From Octopus bimaculoides (taxonomy: Eukaryota), in NCBI RefSeq assembly GCF_001194135.2, contig NC_068982.1, positions 20,446,889 through 20,494,080 of the forward strand: a DNA stretch of 47,192 nucleotides, in the 5' to 3' direction. The notes below the pieces were generated by a model, which was given only the letters and a program-made list of their open reading frames with translations, did no database searches and was not told the origin of the DNA. Below, one piece after another: positions 25,565 to 38,344 of the stretch; the stretch's first letter is position 1; each line of letters starts with the position of its first letter. The translations under genes and the position numbers were made by a program.

Positions 25565-27310
25565 AACAAAGTTATTTGATTCCAGACGGATAGAAATATA
25601 GAAAAATAGAAGTTGAAAATGTACTGATAATAAATAAAATATTTGTCATTAATATATTTAAAGTTTTGATATAATTAATATAATTAATATAATTAAAGTT
25701 TTAACCGGTTTCGCAGTTTACTCTGATTATCAAAACGTTGAAAGAGAAAGACGTGGCGTATGTCACAGCTATCTTCTGACTAGTGTCTGAATCTTGTCCT
25801 ACTTTTTAAGGGATTTCATGGCTCAAATTGGTAGAAGATAGTCACATGACTGGTCTTAGAAATCTTCACCGCTACGTCCGTGTGTTAATATCAAGTGACA
25901 AAGTTTGTTGTCGTAAGTGAAGGCTGACAGGGTTGACTGAACATGTCCAAATAATCTGAATGCTTTCTGTCAAGTGTTTGTAGAGAACGAACACATGATT
26001 ATATTTATAACCTTTTGCAGGTTTCCCGCTACGTTCGTTCGTTAATATCACGTGACATTATGTTTTGTGCCTAAAAATAAGGCCGACACGCTCGAGTGAA
26101 CACTTTAGCTAAAATTAAGGCACTCCAAATTTAATCCGTCTGGTCGGAGCGGGGACAAGTGTGGTTTGCTTGTAATTCAGTAGCTAATGTTTAGGTTGTT
26201 AGTTGTGTAGCTTCCTCAAAGTAATTGATAGAATGAATTTTGTGTGTGAATAGTTATTTCTGCTTGCTATGGTTTGTTAAGTCTTGGCTTGTAGTTTTGT
26301 ATGAAAGTATTTACTTCGTTTGTGAAGTGCCTTGATTATAACTAAACATGTTAAATTCAATTTTTCTTCTAAATTATTTTAATATTCCTACTTTTAATGT
26401 GAATCTAAATACATATTATTTTGTTATAAATAAATACTATTTATCATAGTCATAACAAGCACTCAGTCATCTAACTTACTTGACACTTCCCCTTTCAACA
26501 TATTTTAACTATAATCCCGGTTCTCTTCAGCTGTTATATAATATTTTAAGAAACTATTCCATCCATCATTGCAGACAACTGTTGATATATTTATCAGAGA
26601 CCAGATTCGTACAGTTACGTTGAAAAATATCATGCCGTTTCTTATGACAGTATATGCATTTGTATAATTTTAAATACCTAAACAATTAGATGAAATAAAA
26701 TAATTTTTAAGAAAATCTTTGTTGAATGTCTATTCCGAATTTGCTTCAATGAGGTAGCAAATGTTATAACTGTTTTTGTAATAACGATATATATGCATGT
26801 TTAAATTGAAACATATTTATTTAACATGTTAATATTACTGTAAGTGCATTTCCAGTAAAGAAATTTCGCGATATATATNNNNNNNNNNNNNNNNNNNNNN
26901 NNNNNNNNNNNNNNNNNNNNNNNNNNNNNNNNNNNNNNNNNNNNNNNNNNNNNNNNNNNNNNNNNNNNNNNNNNNNNNNNNNNNNNNNNNNNNNNNNNNN
27001 NNNNNNNNNNNNNNNNNNNNNNNNNNNNNNNNNNNNNNNNNNNNNNNNNNNNNNNNNNNNNNNNNNNNNNNNNNNNNNNNNNNNNNNNNNNNNNNNNNNN
27101 NNNNNNNNNNNNNNNNNNNNNNNNNNNNNNNNNNNNNNNNNNNNNNNNNNNNNNNNNNNNNNNNNNNNNNNNNNNNNNNNNNNNNNNNNNNNNNNNNNNN
27201 NNNNNNNNNNNNNNNNNNNNNNNNNNNNNNNNNNNNNNNNNNNNNNNNNNNNNNNNNNNNNNNNNNNNNNNNNNNNNNNNNNNNNNNNNNNNNNNNNNNN
27301 NNNNNNNNNN

Positions 27311-27490
27311 CTTTCGGAGGTGTCTTCAGCTCTGGTGTTGGGTGCATGTCTTCTTTCTTCTGTTCCCTGGCCTCTTCGATGCAGCATCAACGAGTGTCAG
27401 CGTCCGACTGATCGTCGTGTCAAGTTCCCCTTTTTATATCTGCTGCTATCCCCTTTTTATATCTGCTGCTATCCTTGGTAAACCAAAGAG
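27311..27490 (-). mobile_element. LTR-like or Penelope-LTR-like fragment at a gap edge
   Basis: GC-richer block; minus-strand TATAAAAAGGGG duplicated in a perfect 23-bp tandem (27427-27449 and 27450-27472); CTGAAGA..GAAA motif at the gap edge. Confidence 0.35.
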
Positions 27491-28477
27491 CTGTTCTACA
27501 TGCTAACCTAACAGCTTCTAACAGTAACATAATCGTCAACAACTCGTTATTCATGTGATTTACTTCGTAAAATATGTAACTACTTTATTTACCTAAGTTA
27601 GTGGCGTAGGTGGAAACAGAACTTTGTATGAATTTTCGTTCTCTAATTATGTTGTGCGAAAGAGAATTTGTTAAAAAAAATCCATGTGCATATAGCACGG
27701 ATATAAATATAATAATGGGAAGAAGCATTAGCATTTACGGAATAAATTCGTAAATCGAAGCTCATTAGGGAACATAGATTTCGAAAAATTTATTTTAGAA
27801 TTCCGTGCAAACAGATTCTTAATGATGCATTAGAAGAAAATTAATTGATTGCTTTAATATTTCGATATCTTGAAATCGATGCTTCCAGTAAAATCTAAAC
27901 AAGAGTCTTCGTATTTCAAAAAATAAGGCGGAGAATGAAGCATGCACATACAAAATTACGCATACATTTTCTGCGTTCCTCCTTATAATACTAAAAGAAA
28001 TGCACACGCGCACACACACACATACGCACGTTCGCACGCACGCATGCACACACACACGGACACTTTCACAAAGAAAGAGATAGGTGGATAATTATGCACA
28101 TATATACGTACATATATTCACGTACGTATACATACACAAATGCATACATATATAAACCCATAGATACATACATGTATATATATATATGTGTGTGTGTGTC
28201 TGCGTGTGTGTGTGTGTGTGCGTGTGTGTGTGTCTGTCTGTCTGTCTCTGTGTGTGTATAAACATATATTAGCTCTTACGAGATGCAACCATACTGAGAA
28301 TTTGCGGGAAAGTAGTGAAATATAGACAAAATGTTTCTGAGTTTAGGAAAGTAGGGAATGCCTCTATAGTTCTAGTCTACAAAAATCACTTAACATAATT
28401 TGATTAGCATGAGGTTGTATTTATGGAAACTCACCGAGGTTTCACAGTAAAATATTTAACCCTAAATAAAACTATGT

Positions 28478-28680
28478 CTATATTTGGCAAGAGACATTTC
28501 TGAAACGTAGATTGCAGAATGTTGGTGTAAATGTAGGCCTCGAACTCTGTGCAAGATATATGTTGACCACGGCCTGCTCTGCCAGTGACACAATTCCCAC
28601 TAGCAGAGCCTCCTGCTCCGGTGGCACACTACCCACCGGAGGGGCCTCGGGTTTGGTCGGCGGAAGTTGATTGTAAGGCC
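28478..28680 (-). mobile_element. GC-rich repeat fragment: Helitron 3' end or LINE C-terminal remnant
   Basis: Perfect 9-bp hairpin at 28616-28641, then 12 nt, then CTAG|T on minus. The same strand also has an open frame [21 protein letters not shown]. Confidence 0.4.
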
Positions 28681-28757
28681 AATATATGTATATATATATA
28701 AGAGTTTGGGTGTGTGTGTATATATATATACGTATATATATATATATACATGCACAC

Positions 28758-28826
<69 letters not shown>

Positions 28827-28870
28827 TGCATACATATATATGTGTACATACAAACATACATACATATATT
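28680..28870. repeat. Compound (TA)n microsatellite
   Basis: Direct reading. Confidence 0.95.
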
Positions 28871-29769
28871 CAATCCATGTTCATACACGAGACACTACTG
28901 ATACAAATAGAAAGGCGTGTACATTTTTATCTTGCATATATTTGATATATTTTTCTCAATGGTATTATAGCTTTACATGCAAATGTTTATTTGAAACCGT
29001 TGCCAGTTGATAATGCATTCGTTTATATGGAAAGGAGTTATAAACAATTTGAAATATTTTTCACATCTCTATATTTTCTAATAAAATTATATTGTTTCCT
29101 TTATACTTTTAAAACTATAATATATAAAATTTAAATTAGAAATTTCATATAAATTATCATTATGGAAAAAAGAATTCCACTGTTTACATTGATTATTTTT
29201 TTCAAAATACAGAAATTATCACAAATGATTTTAGATAAATCTCTTTTATTGCAATGCATTAATTTCTATTAAATATTTTAATTGAAAATAACAATATCAG
29301 AAACAAGAAGTATCAGACAAATATTGCAAATATCCATTCATATTTCATTTAAATGAATTATTTGTTATTTTTGTCTAAACATGGATAAAAAGATTAATAA
29401 ATTGCTTTCTTGATTTTCAGATGTAATGAAATTTTAACTTCAAACTATTTTCTTATTAGCTGTGTGAGATAAAAAAAAACTGAATAAAAACGATTAAGAA
29501 TAATAGCTCTATCAATATTCTGAAGAAAACAATAGTTAAAATAATAATATTTATAAAATATAACTGCTAGAAAGAAATTTATGTACGATTTGATATTTAG
29601 AATTAAAATTAATCATCAAGTCCTAAAAATTGAAATTTAATTCATAATTTCTCATATAATACTCCAAGTATTAATTCATGGTATGTGTAGCCTTCATGAG
29701 AGTTAGTCACATCATTGTACTGTTAAACTCTGGATACGCTTTGGAACAAGGACTTCCTGGCAAGACAGC

Positions 29770-29860
29770 AATAGATCGGGGTTATGCTCCGAGGGACTCT
29801 CTTTGACCTCCACCCATCACTACGTTCTGCATGTAAATAACATCTCAAATATACTGAAAC
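29770..29860 (+). mobile_element. Possible CR1/L2-like RT fragment
   Basis: PRDSL*PP followed, after a frameshift, by YVLHVNNIS (29821-29847) weakly resembles PQGSVLGP..FLLHINDL. Confidence 0.3.
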
Positions 29861-30046
29861 ACAGTAATAAATACTCGCTCTTGACTCCAATCGTTTGAGG
29901 CCTCATTTGCTCCAGATTACTAGTTGGAGAAGAATCGGAATGAGATGATGGGCATGGTGGCCAGATTCACAAAGAATGGTCTGAGAGAAATATTTATCCC
30001 CGAAAATTCGGGCTGAAGTGGGGAATGCTTACATCGCCTCCTTTTT

Positions 30047-30734
30047 ATATTACCGCTTCTCCGTCGTTCTGTTCTTCAATTCGCGCCTGCTTTCAAGTTT
30101 CCTCTGGCGGGTGTTGTGGGGATATTCGACAGCTCAGGCGCAGCATTTGCGGTCAGCAGCAACTAAATCAAGGACAGAGCATTCCTTGGTAATAATACAC
30201 AGACATGCCCTGAAGCAATTCCTTAACGCGGAACAGGTGTAATCGCTGCTGCTACAAAGAGTATTTCGACTGCACGTTTCTTTGACATAGCTACAGTCTC
30301 GATCTCTCAGAGACCACAGAACAGCGCTTGATATCTGGAAAGCAGTCAAGCGCTAAGAAACATCTACAAGTTAGGTAGCGCGGAAGGTGGCCGTTCTATT
30401 CAGAGTTCATGGCAGGCAAAATAATTATTTGGTTTGTTTATGAGACATTAGAACTTGGATCCAGGGACAATTTCTAGAAATCTTTGGCTTATCAGTGCTA
30501 ACAGGTTGGCCGGAATCATTAATGATTCAGGATAAAATCTACTGTCAGGTAAGTACCGCTAACCGACACTCACCGAGATGCACGCAGCATGTCTGTGTAT
30601 TACTACCAAAGAATGCGCTGTCCTTAATTTAGCTGCTGTTGACTGCAAATGCTTCGCCTCAGCTGTGGAATACCACCCACTCGCACACGCCAGAGGAAAC
30701 CTGAAAGCACAGAACGACAGACAGACGGTAATAT
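30047..30734. mobile_element. Foldback or MITE-like element with about 150-bp inverted arms
   Basis: Arms 30047-30208 and 30587-30734 align at roughly 85% by eye, with a 16-bp insertion in the left arm. Termini ATATTACCG...CGGTAATAT; spacer 378 bp. Confidence 0.85.
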
Positions 30735-30908
30735 GTGGAACACCTGCTATTACTTGCAAGGTGGATTCAAGTATCAACTATGTAAAGTATAAATATCATT
30801 CTGCCGTCTTTTTCTGTCCGGAATAATCAGTCAGTGTTTGTCTGTATGGTGGCCGTAGTGAAAGATGTATTCTGGTGAACCAGATTAAACTGTTGAAGAA
30901 AGACATAT

Positions 30909-31444
30909 TCCTTTCTTCCTTATTGGATACCTTGTTATCAGCTAGGCATGCGATATTTATGATCCAGCATCGTTTGCTTTCTCATGGTCGCACTGAATTA
31001 TAAAACCCCATAGGACTTTTGCATTACCACTTTCTATGATGCCTTCCGGTTTATATTCGTACCACATGTTTGCTCTGTCAAGTCCATACTTGTTGCAAAG
31101 TGTTCAATGGACAATCTTTGCTATGAGTCATGACGTCTCTTATATTCTATCTGGGCTAGTGGAGTATATTGACTAGTAATATGCCATACGTTTTCACTAT
31201 TTTGTCCACAAATTCTGCCTTTATCACTTTCTCATATGTTGATTATTCTGTATTTGATGTAATTGGTTCTTAATGCTTGCTCTTAGGCAGCACATATTAG
31301 AGCCTCCGTTTCCGGTTTAAAATATTTTTCCTCTGTCTGTCTTATCTTCAACATTTCTATAAACATGTCTATGCATTCTTTTCTTTATCTGTCTGTTGTC
31401 AGTTTATTCATTCTCAAGTGCTTGTACAGTGCTTTATCTTTGCA
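30909..31444 (-). mobile_element. R4/Dong-like LINE fragment B (degenerate CCHC, RLE with PD motif deleted)
   Basis: KPETEALICAA*EQALRTNYIKYR (from 31318), LAQIEYKRRHD (31127-31159), LCNKYGLDRANMWYEYKPEG..KVLWGFIIQCDHE joined to ESKRCWIINIACLADNKVSNKEE. Confidence 0.9.
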
Positions 31445-31459
31445 ATTATTATTGTTATT

Positions 31460-32012
<553 letters not shown>

Positions 32013-33696
32013 NNNNNNNNNNNNNNNNNNNNNNNNNNNNNNNNNNNNNNNNNNNNNNNNNNNNNNNNNNNNNNNNNNNNNNNNNNNNNNNNNNNNNNNN
32101 NNNNNNNNNNNNNNNNNNNNNNNNNNNNNNNNNNNNNNNNNNNNNNNNNNNNNNNNNNNNNNNNNNNNNNNNNNNNNNNNNNNNNNNNNNNNNNNNNNNN
32201 NNNNNNNNNNNNNNNNNNNNNNNNNNNNNNNNNNNNNNNNNNNNNNNNNNNNNNNNNNNNNNNNNNNNNNNNNNNNNNNNNNNNNNNNNNNNNNNNNNNN
32301 NNNNNNNNNNNNNNNNNNNNNNNNNNNNNNNNNNNNNNNNNNNNNNNNNNNNNNNNNNNNNNNNNNNNNNNNNNNNNNNNNNNNNNNNNNNNNNNNNNNN
32401 NNNNNNNNNNNNNNNNNNNNNNNNNATATATATCTTTTGTATGAAATAAGCACGATATGTATTTTGAATGTATGCATCATATTCCAGCTGATAGGATAGC
32501 TGTATCAATAAGATACTAGAGAAGAGATGTTGAACAGTTTACAGAATCATATTCATAGGCTCATTAAAATGAGTCTGAAGTCTGAAATAACACAAGATTT
32601 TGGCATACTTTCGGTTAAACTTTAGCTCATATAAACCATTCAGAAAACATACGAGACATCTCATACAAATCAATAAAATTTCGTATCATTCATTTATCGT
32701 TTAACATAACTGTATGTAAATTTGGCAGGATATCAATTATGCCCTCAAATAAAGAAATGTTCGACAAGAATTAGTATACAATGTAGAAGTATGTACAATA
32801 TAACCCTACTATGAATAAGTGCAAGTGCACCTTGTAACTCACTGTTCTACTTCACTAAATAACACATATAATGTTGACAACATCATCTAGATTTAAACGG
32901 TAGCCGTGTTTACAGTAAGTGTAAAGACTGAAAACGAAGCAAGAGACGACAATCTTTAGATATGATGATGTCACAAATATGAATAAATAATGCATCAAAT
33001 CCTAACAAGAACCCATTTAATCGAATTGCCAATGTGCAACCCATATACATCATGAAATGAGATATGCATACTCCATGAAATTGAGAGTACCTCTAATAGA
33101 AGGATTGTCGGGGAGGAACAAAAGCTTAACACAACATCGGAGAAATGATGACGAAATTGAGACAGATGATCGTATATGTGCGTGTGTGCGCGCGTGCGGG
33201 CGCATACATACGTATATATATATATATNNNNNNNNNNNNNNNNNNNNNNNNNNNNNNNNNNNNNNNNNNNNNNNNNNNNNNNNNNNNNNNNNNNNNNNNN
33301 NNNNNNNNNNNNNNNNNNNNNNNNNNNNNNNNNNNNNNNNNNNNNNNNNNNNNNNNNNNNNNNNNNNNNNNNNNNNNNNNNNNNNNNNNNNNNNNNNNNN
33401 NNNNNNNNNNNNNNNNNNNNNNNNNNNNNNNNNNNNNNNNNNNNNNNNNNNNNNNNNNNNNNNNNNNNNNNNNNNNNNNNNNNNNNNNNNNNNNNNNNNN
33501 NNNNNNNNNNNNNNNNNNNNNNNNNNNNNNNNNNNNNNNNNNNNNNNNNNNNNNNNNNNNNNNNNNNNNNNNNNNNNNNNNNNNNNNNNNNNNNNNNNNN
33601 NNNNNNNNNNNNNNNNNNNNNNNNNNNNNNNNNNNNNNNTATATATATATATATATGCTTATATGTGTGTATAAATTACGAATTAAATGCAGCTCG

Positions 33697-33737
<41 letters not shown>

Positions 33738-34134
33738 TACACACATATATATATATACATACACACTTGCTTATTTATAACCACATATTGTTTATACCAT
33801 GAATATAGTAGAAGAAATATATCACTCTCAACGGGTACCCGGTGAAGATAAGGTAATAAATAATGCCGTGTTAATATCGGGATAAACACCTCCACTAAAA
33901 CTCCGATGCCTGTCATTTCTAACTTTATCTACATTCCATTCAATCGACAAAACCTATATACACACAAATATGTATACAAAGGGTATCAAATACAAATAAC
34001 AAAATTTCAAGTGACGTTCACAGTTAATATTTTTTAGTTTGACGCTTAAGAAGAAATGAATTTATAAAGTAAAATTTATGGGATAAACGCGTAGATTATG
34101 GACATAGTAATTCATGGAATACTAGAAGGTCAAG

Positions 34135-34335
34135 AGAAGAGGGGAAATGAGTGTAGGAAAGAGAGAAAAGAGTCACACACACTCAACATGAGCGATATAT
34201 TTTGAGATAAAGCAAGAGAGAGTGAGGTGGAAAGTTTACTATGAGAAAAGCGAGAAATAAAAGAGATAGACAAATAAAGAGAGAAAGGGAGAGAGAGAAA
34301 GGGAGAGAGAGAAAGAGAAAGTGGGGTACAAAGAG
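34135..34335. repeat. GA-rich low-complexity tract
   Basis: Direct reading. Confidence 0.8.
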
Positions 34336-35154
34336 GAGGATATTTGTTCTGTTGCTATCACAGATTTTGAAATTTCAATATTAATTGAAAGTTTTCAAAT
34401 TTGATATTTTGTTGTAATTTTTCGTGCAAAATCCAAACCTGTGGTTCGTTTATTTCAGAACATTTGTAGGAAAAGGCTACAAAAATTTAAAGTTTTATCA
34501 TTTTTACCCAATCAGAAAACAGAAAAACAAAGGATTTGTGCTTGATAGCTCTGTATCATCAAATGAAAGCAATTTGTGTTGAAAAGACTGAAATCCATCT
34601 CAAGAATCTGGCAATCTGGTAAGGTATTGTTTTCACAAATATTAATTCGAATTATTTAGACAATGAATGGTGTCTTGGAATGATGTCTTGTCTTTGGATC
34701 CGAACTCATTGTGGGAGTTTAAGAGAAATGTAGTCGGAGCTCAATCAAAAACAGAATGAAATGACTTACAATAAAACACAGAAAATGCATGCGATTCATT
34801 TGTGTGTCAGTGAGAGAGAGAGAGGTTGGAGTGACATAAATTAAACAGAAAAGCCAGCAAATGCTCCTTGGAGGTGATAGAAATAGTTACTTTTAAAATT
34901 GAAGTAATTAACAGAACACCAATAGATTTTAAAATGTTAAACGTATAGAACATTTAATGACATGAAATAATTACAAACGTGCACACGTGCAGCACATAGA
35001 TTGAGAGCGAAAGGTAGGAATGATAGGGAGACGAAGAGAATGTGGCAAGTGAAGACAAATAAGGGTGAATAAATGTGCGTAAATGAACGTAAATGCCGAC
35101 TTGGAATTTACAAACATGTGTACAACACTGTACGTATAATATGGACAAATCATA

Positions 35155-35723
35155 CAGGGTGTTCAAAGGGTGTATCCGTAGTGAATGTTTCATCTTGCAC
35201 ACGCGCAACTTGGCTATCACTGCATGGGCTCAAATATTGTCTATCATTTGTAGGCCAATTCACTGATAGTGAAATTAATAATGCATATTTCCAACAAGAT
35301 GGTGCTACATTACATACTTCGTGCATCACCATTGCGCTACTTCAAGAGTTTTTCGGTGAACGGATTATTTCGAAGGGAATTTGGCCACCAAGATCACCTG
35401 ATTTAACACCACCAGACTTTTCTTATGGGGAGCAAGTAGAGGATCAGTGTACGAGAATCGCCCGAAAACATTAATGAGCTAAAAGACGCAATCATAACCT
35501 TCACAAGGTCTATACTGCGTCTGACTCTCCGAGATGTATTTCAGAATATGTGTAGAAGAATCAACTTATGTACTGAAAATGAAGGACAATATTTTTATCA
35601 ACTCTTACAAAGTTTTTTGAAGTTTTGTAAAGTCTAATACATTCTTTTATAGCCTTGTACTATCTTATAATGACTAATTTTGCAATAAAATATTTACTGC
35701 GGAGAGACTTTTTGAACACACTG
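35155..35723 (+). mobile_element. Tc1/mariner non-autonomous derivative with both TIRs (DD41D/rosa-like motifs, 38-aa spacing)
   Basis: Left TA|CAGGGTGTTCAAAGGGTGTATCCGTAGT; right end rc CAGTGTGTTCAAAAAGTCTCTCCGCAGT. Internal YFQQDGATLHT..RIISKGIWPPRSPDLTPPDF, frameshifted FLWG..VYENRPKT, and FQNMCRRINLCTENEGQYFYQLL. Confidence 0.9.
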
Positions 35724-37422
35724 TGGAAGTAAATTTAGTCCTCGACAAATATTATGTAAATATATGTGAACATGAATGTGTGTGTGTATGTGTATGGGCA
35801 GCTGTCCGTATGTGCAGGCTCATAAAATGGAAATAGCATAAATAGAATTAGAAAAATATCAATGATTAATGACAACAAAATCGGAGAAAAAAAAATGGCT
35901 ACATGCCTTTTAATCTATATATCCACATAGGCAAATAGATAGATATAGATACACATGTGTGCGTGATAGATAGAGACACACACACTCTCACGCACACTCA
36001 CGCACACTCACGCACACTCACGCACACTCAGGCGCACACATTCACACACACACACACACACAAACTTACGCGCATATCTGTAATGATTTTTATTAATTTG
36101 CCAAAGTCAATATTTACAATACTTTCTAGGCAATGCCGTAAATAGGTTTACCCAATCATTAATAGCGTTTATGCATATCTGTAAATCTGAGAGAAATATG
36201 TGCACGTGATTCTGTGACCCTCGATTTCTTTGATGAAATCTGGATTCATCGAACATCCTGCAGGTCGGCTCTAACATATATTTAGTAGATGTTCAATGCC
36301 ATGGCATGTGTATGTATATATGCCCATATGTGTTTTTGTATGTACGTATGTATGTATGTATGTATGTATGTATTTCTAACCCTCCACGTTTATTGTATAT
36401 TGCATTCTCAATATTTTCTCGTTTCTTCTGTTATTCATTTTGTTTTTTACATCGTCATGATATGTGATTTATGCCAGATGAATTATATGTGAGATACTTC
36501 CCAACATATGAATCTATTAGTTGTACTTAAAGGCTTGTATTGTGTCATTTAAATAAAATAAATTTAAATCCTGCATATATATACGTAAATCTATATGAAT
36601 CGAAACATTTGTAGTGTTCTTTAAAAAGCTGCCTAACCGTACTTACACTTTAACTCTTTACTTTTTTTTATTTCCACACACGAGGAATACTCAAGACTAG
36701 AATTGGTAGAATATCATTAAAATACTACCGGATATTTGGGAATTCTTAGGGTGAACGAGCACTATTTGTACTGTAATACGTTCTTAACGGAACACACCTC
36801 AACTATATATATATATATNNNNNNNNNNNNNNNNNNNNNNNNNNNNNNNNNNNNNNNNNNNNNNNNNNNNNNNNNNNNNNNNNNNNNNNNNNNNNNNNNN
36901 NNNNNNNNNNNNNNNNNNNNNNNNNNNNNNNNNNNNNNNNNNNNNNNNNNNNNNNNNNNNNNNNNNNNNNNNNNNNNNNNNNNNNNNNNNNNNNNNNNNN
37001 NNNNNNNNNNNNNNNNNNNNNNNNNNNNNNNNNNNNNNNNNNNNNNNNNNNNNNNNNNNNNNNNNNNNNNNNNNNNNNNNNNNNNNNNNNNNNNNNNNNN
37101 NNNNNNNNNNNNNNNNNNNNNNNNNNNNNNNNNNNNNNNNNNNNNNNNNNNNNNNNNNNNNNNNNNNNNNNNNNNNNNNNNNNNNNNNNNNNNNNNNNNN
37201 NNNNNNNNNNNNNNNNNNNNNNNNNNNNNNNNNNNNNNNNNNNNNNNNNNNNNNNNNNNNNNNNNNNNNNNNNNNNNNNNNNNNNNNNNNNNNNNNNNNN
37301 NNNNNNNNNNNNNNNNNNNNNNNNNNNNNNNNNNNNNNNNNNNNNNNNNNNNNNNNNNNNNNNNNNNNNNNNNNNNNNNNNNNNNNNNNNNNNNNNNNNN
37401 NNNNNNNNNNATATATATATAT

Positions 37423-37616
37423 ATAGCTTGCTTACCAACCACATGGTTCCGGGTTCAGTTCCACTCAGTGGCACCTTGGGCAAGTGTCTTCTACTATAGC
37501 CTCGGGCCGATCAAAGATTTGTAAGTGGATTTGGTAGACAGAAACTGAAAGGAGCTCGTCGTATATATGTATATGTATATATACATATATAAATATATAT
37601 ATATATATATGTGTGT

Positions 37617-37652
<36 letters not shown>

Positions 37653-37697
37653 GTTTCTCTCCCCAACATCGCTTGACAACCGATGCTGGTGTGTTTT
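37423..37697 (+). mobile_element. SINE family A with internal microsatellite, truncated
   Basis: B-box-like GGTTCAGTTCC, GGCACCTTGGGCAAGTGTCTTC body, internal (TA)/(TG) run at 37561-37648, then tail start CCAACATCGCTTGACAACCGATGCTGG. Confidence 0.9.
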
Positions 37698-38344
37698 GTC
37701 TTTCTTACTTCCCTCTTGTTTTCGTCCTCTTTCCTCCTTTATCAATGATCCCTTACATCATCACACTCTCTGACTAGAAACCTATTTATAAATGTGCATA
37801 TCTCATAAATTTGCAGTCCATACATATATGCGTGGGTTGGTGGTGAATGTGTGTGTGGTGGAGGTGAATGTGTGTGTGAGAAAGAGAGAGACAGACAGAC
37901 AGACAAAGTGCGTGACTATTTTCATATAAAAGTGGGAATCGATGAAGTCAGTGCGTGACAAATTGACTCATCAGATTGCTGTCATTGGGTGGTGGATATA
38001 AGCCAGCGTTGTTGTGATGTTCATTCACGGTTAATGGTAGCGGCACTATTTCGTTTGGAGAGGGCACATAAAATAATGGCGTGGGCATCAGTATCGAATT
38101 CCTTATGCTTGGTTGTTTGTGGTATCGTTAGTTCCGTGACAACGGGGAAATATATGCAGGGTCGAGGGTTCTAGTTGGATATGTAATCCCAATATCCTCA
38201 ACTTCTAGTTTTAATCTGTTGGAAGCGGCGATTACGGCCGCTTGCTTCGACGGTTGAAAGTAAGACAACAGCTTAACGGTATTATTTCTACATACGTACA
38301 TACATACATACATATGAAACTTTTTTCTCACCTTTTTTCTCTCC

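Noticed and set aside
30540-30554. TACTGTCAGGTAA matches part of miR-8; CAG|GTAAGT is a perfect donor
   Set aside because: The miR-8 seed is mismatched with no precursor hairpin, and no open upstream exon was found; the site lies in the foldback spacer.
34459-34618. Acceptor TTTATTTCAG and donor CTG|GTAAGG bracketing 160 nt
   Set aside because: All three frames contain stops; it cannot be supported without transcripts.
37941-37974. CTGATGA on minus followed by a GTCA/TGAC stem
   Set aside because: The stem is followed by TTCATC, not GAAA, so it is not a hammerhead.
38205-38243. 7-bp hairpin plus CTAG 14 nt away as a Helitron end
   Set aside because: CTAG is followed by A rather than T, the stem is short, and there is no other support.
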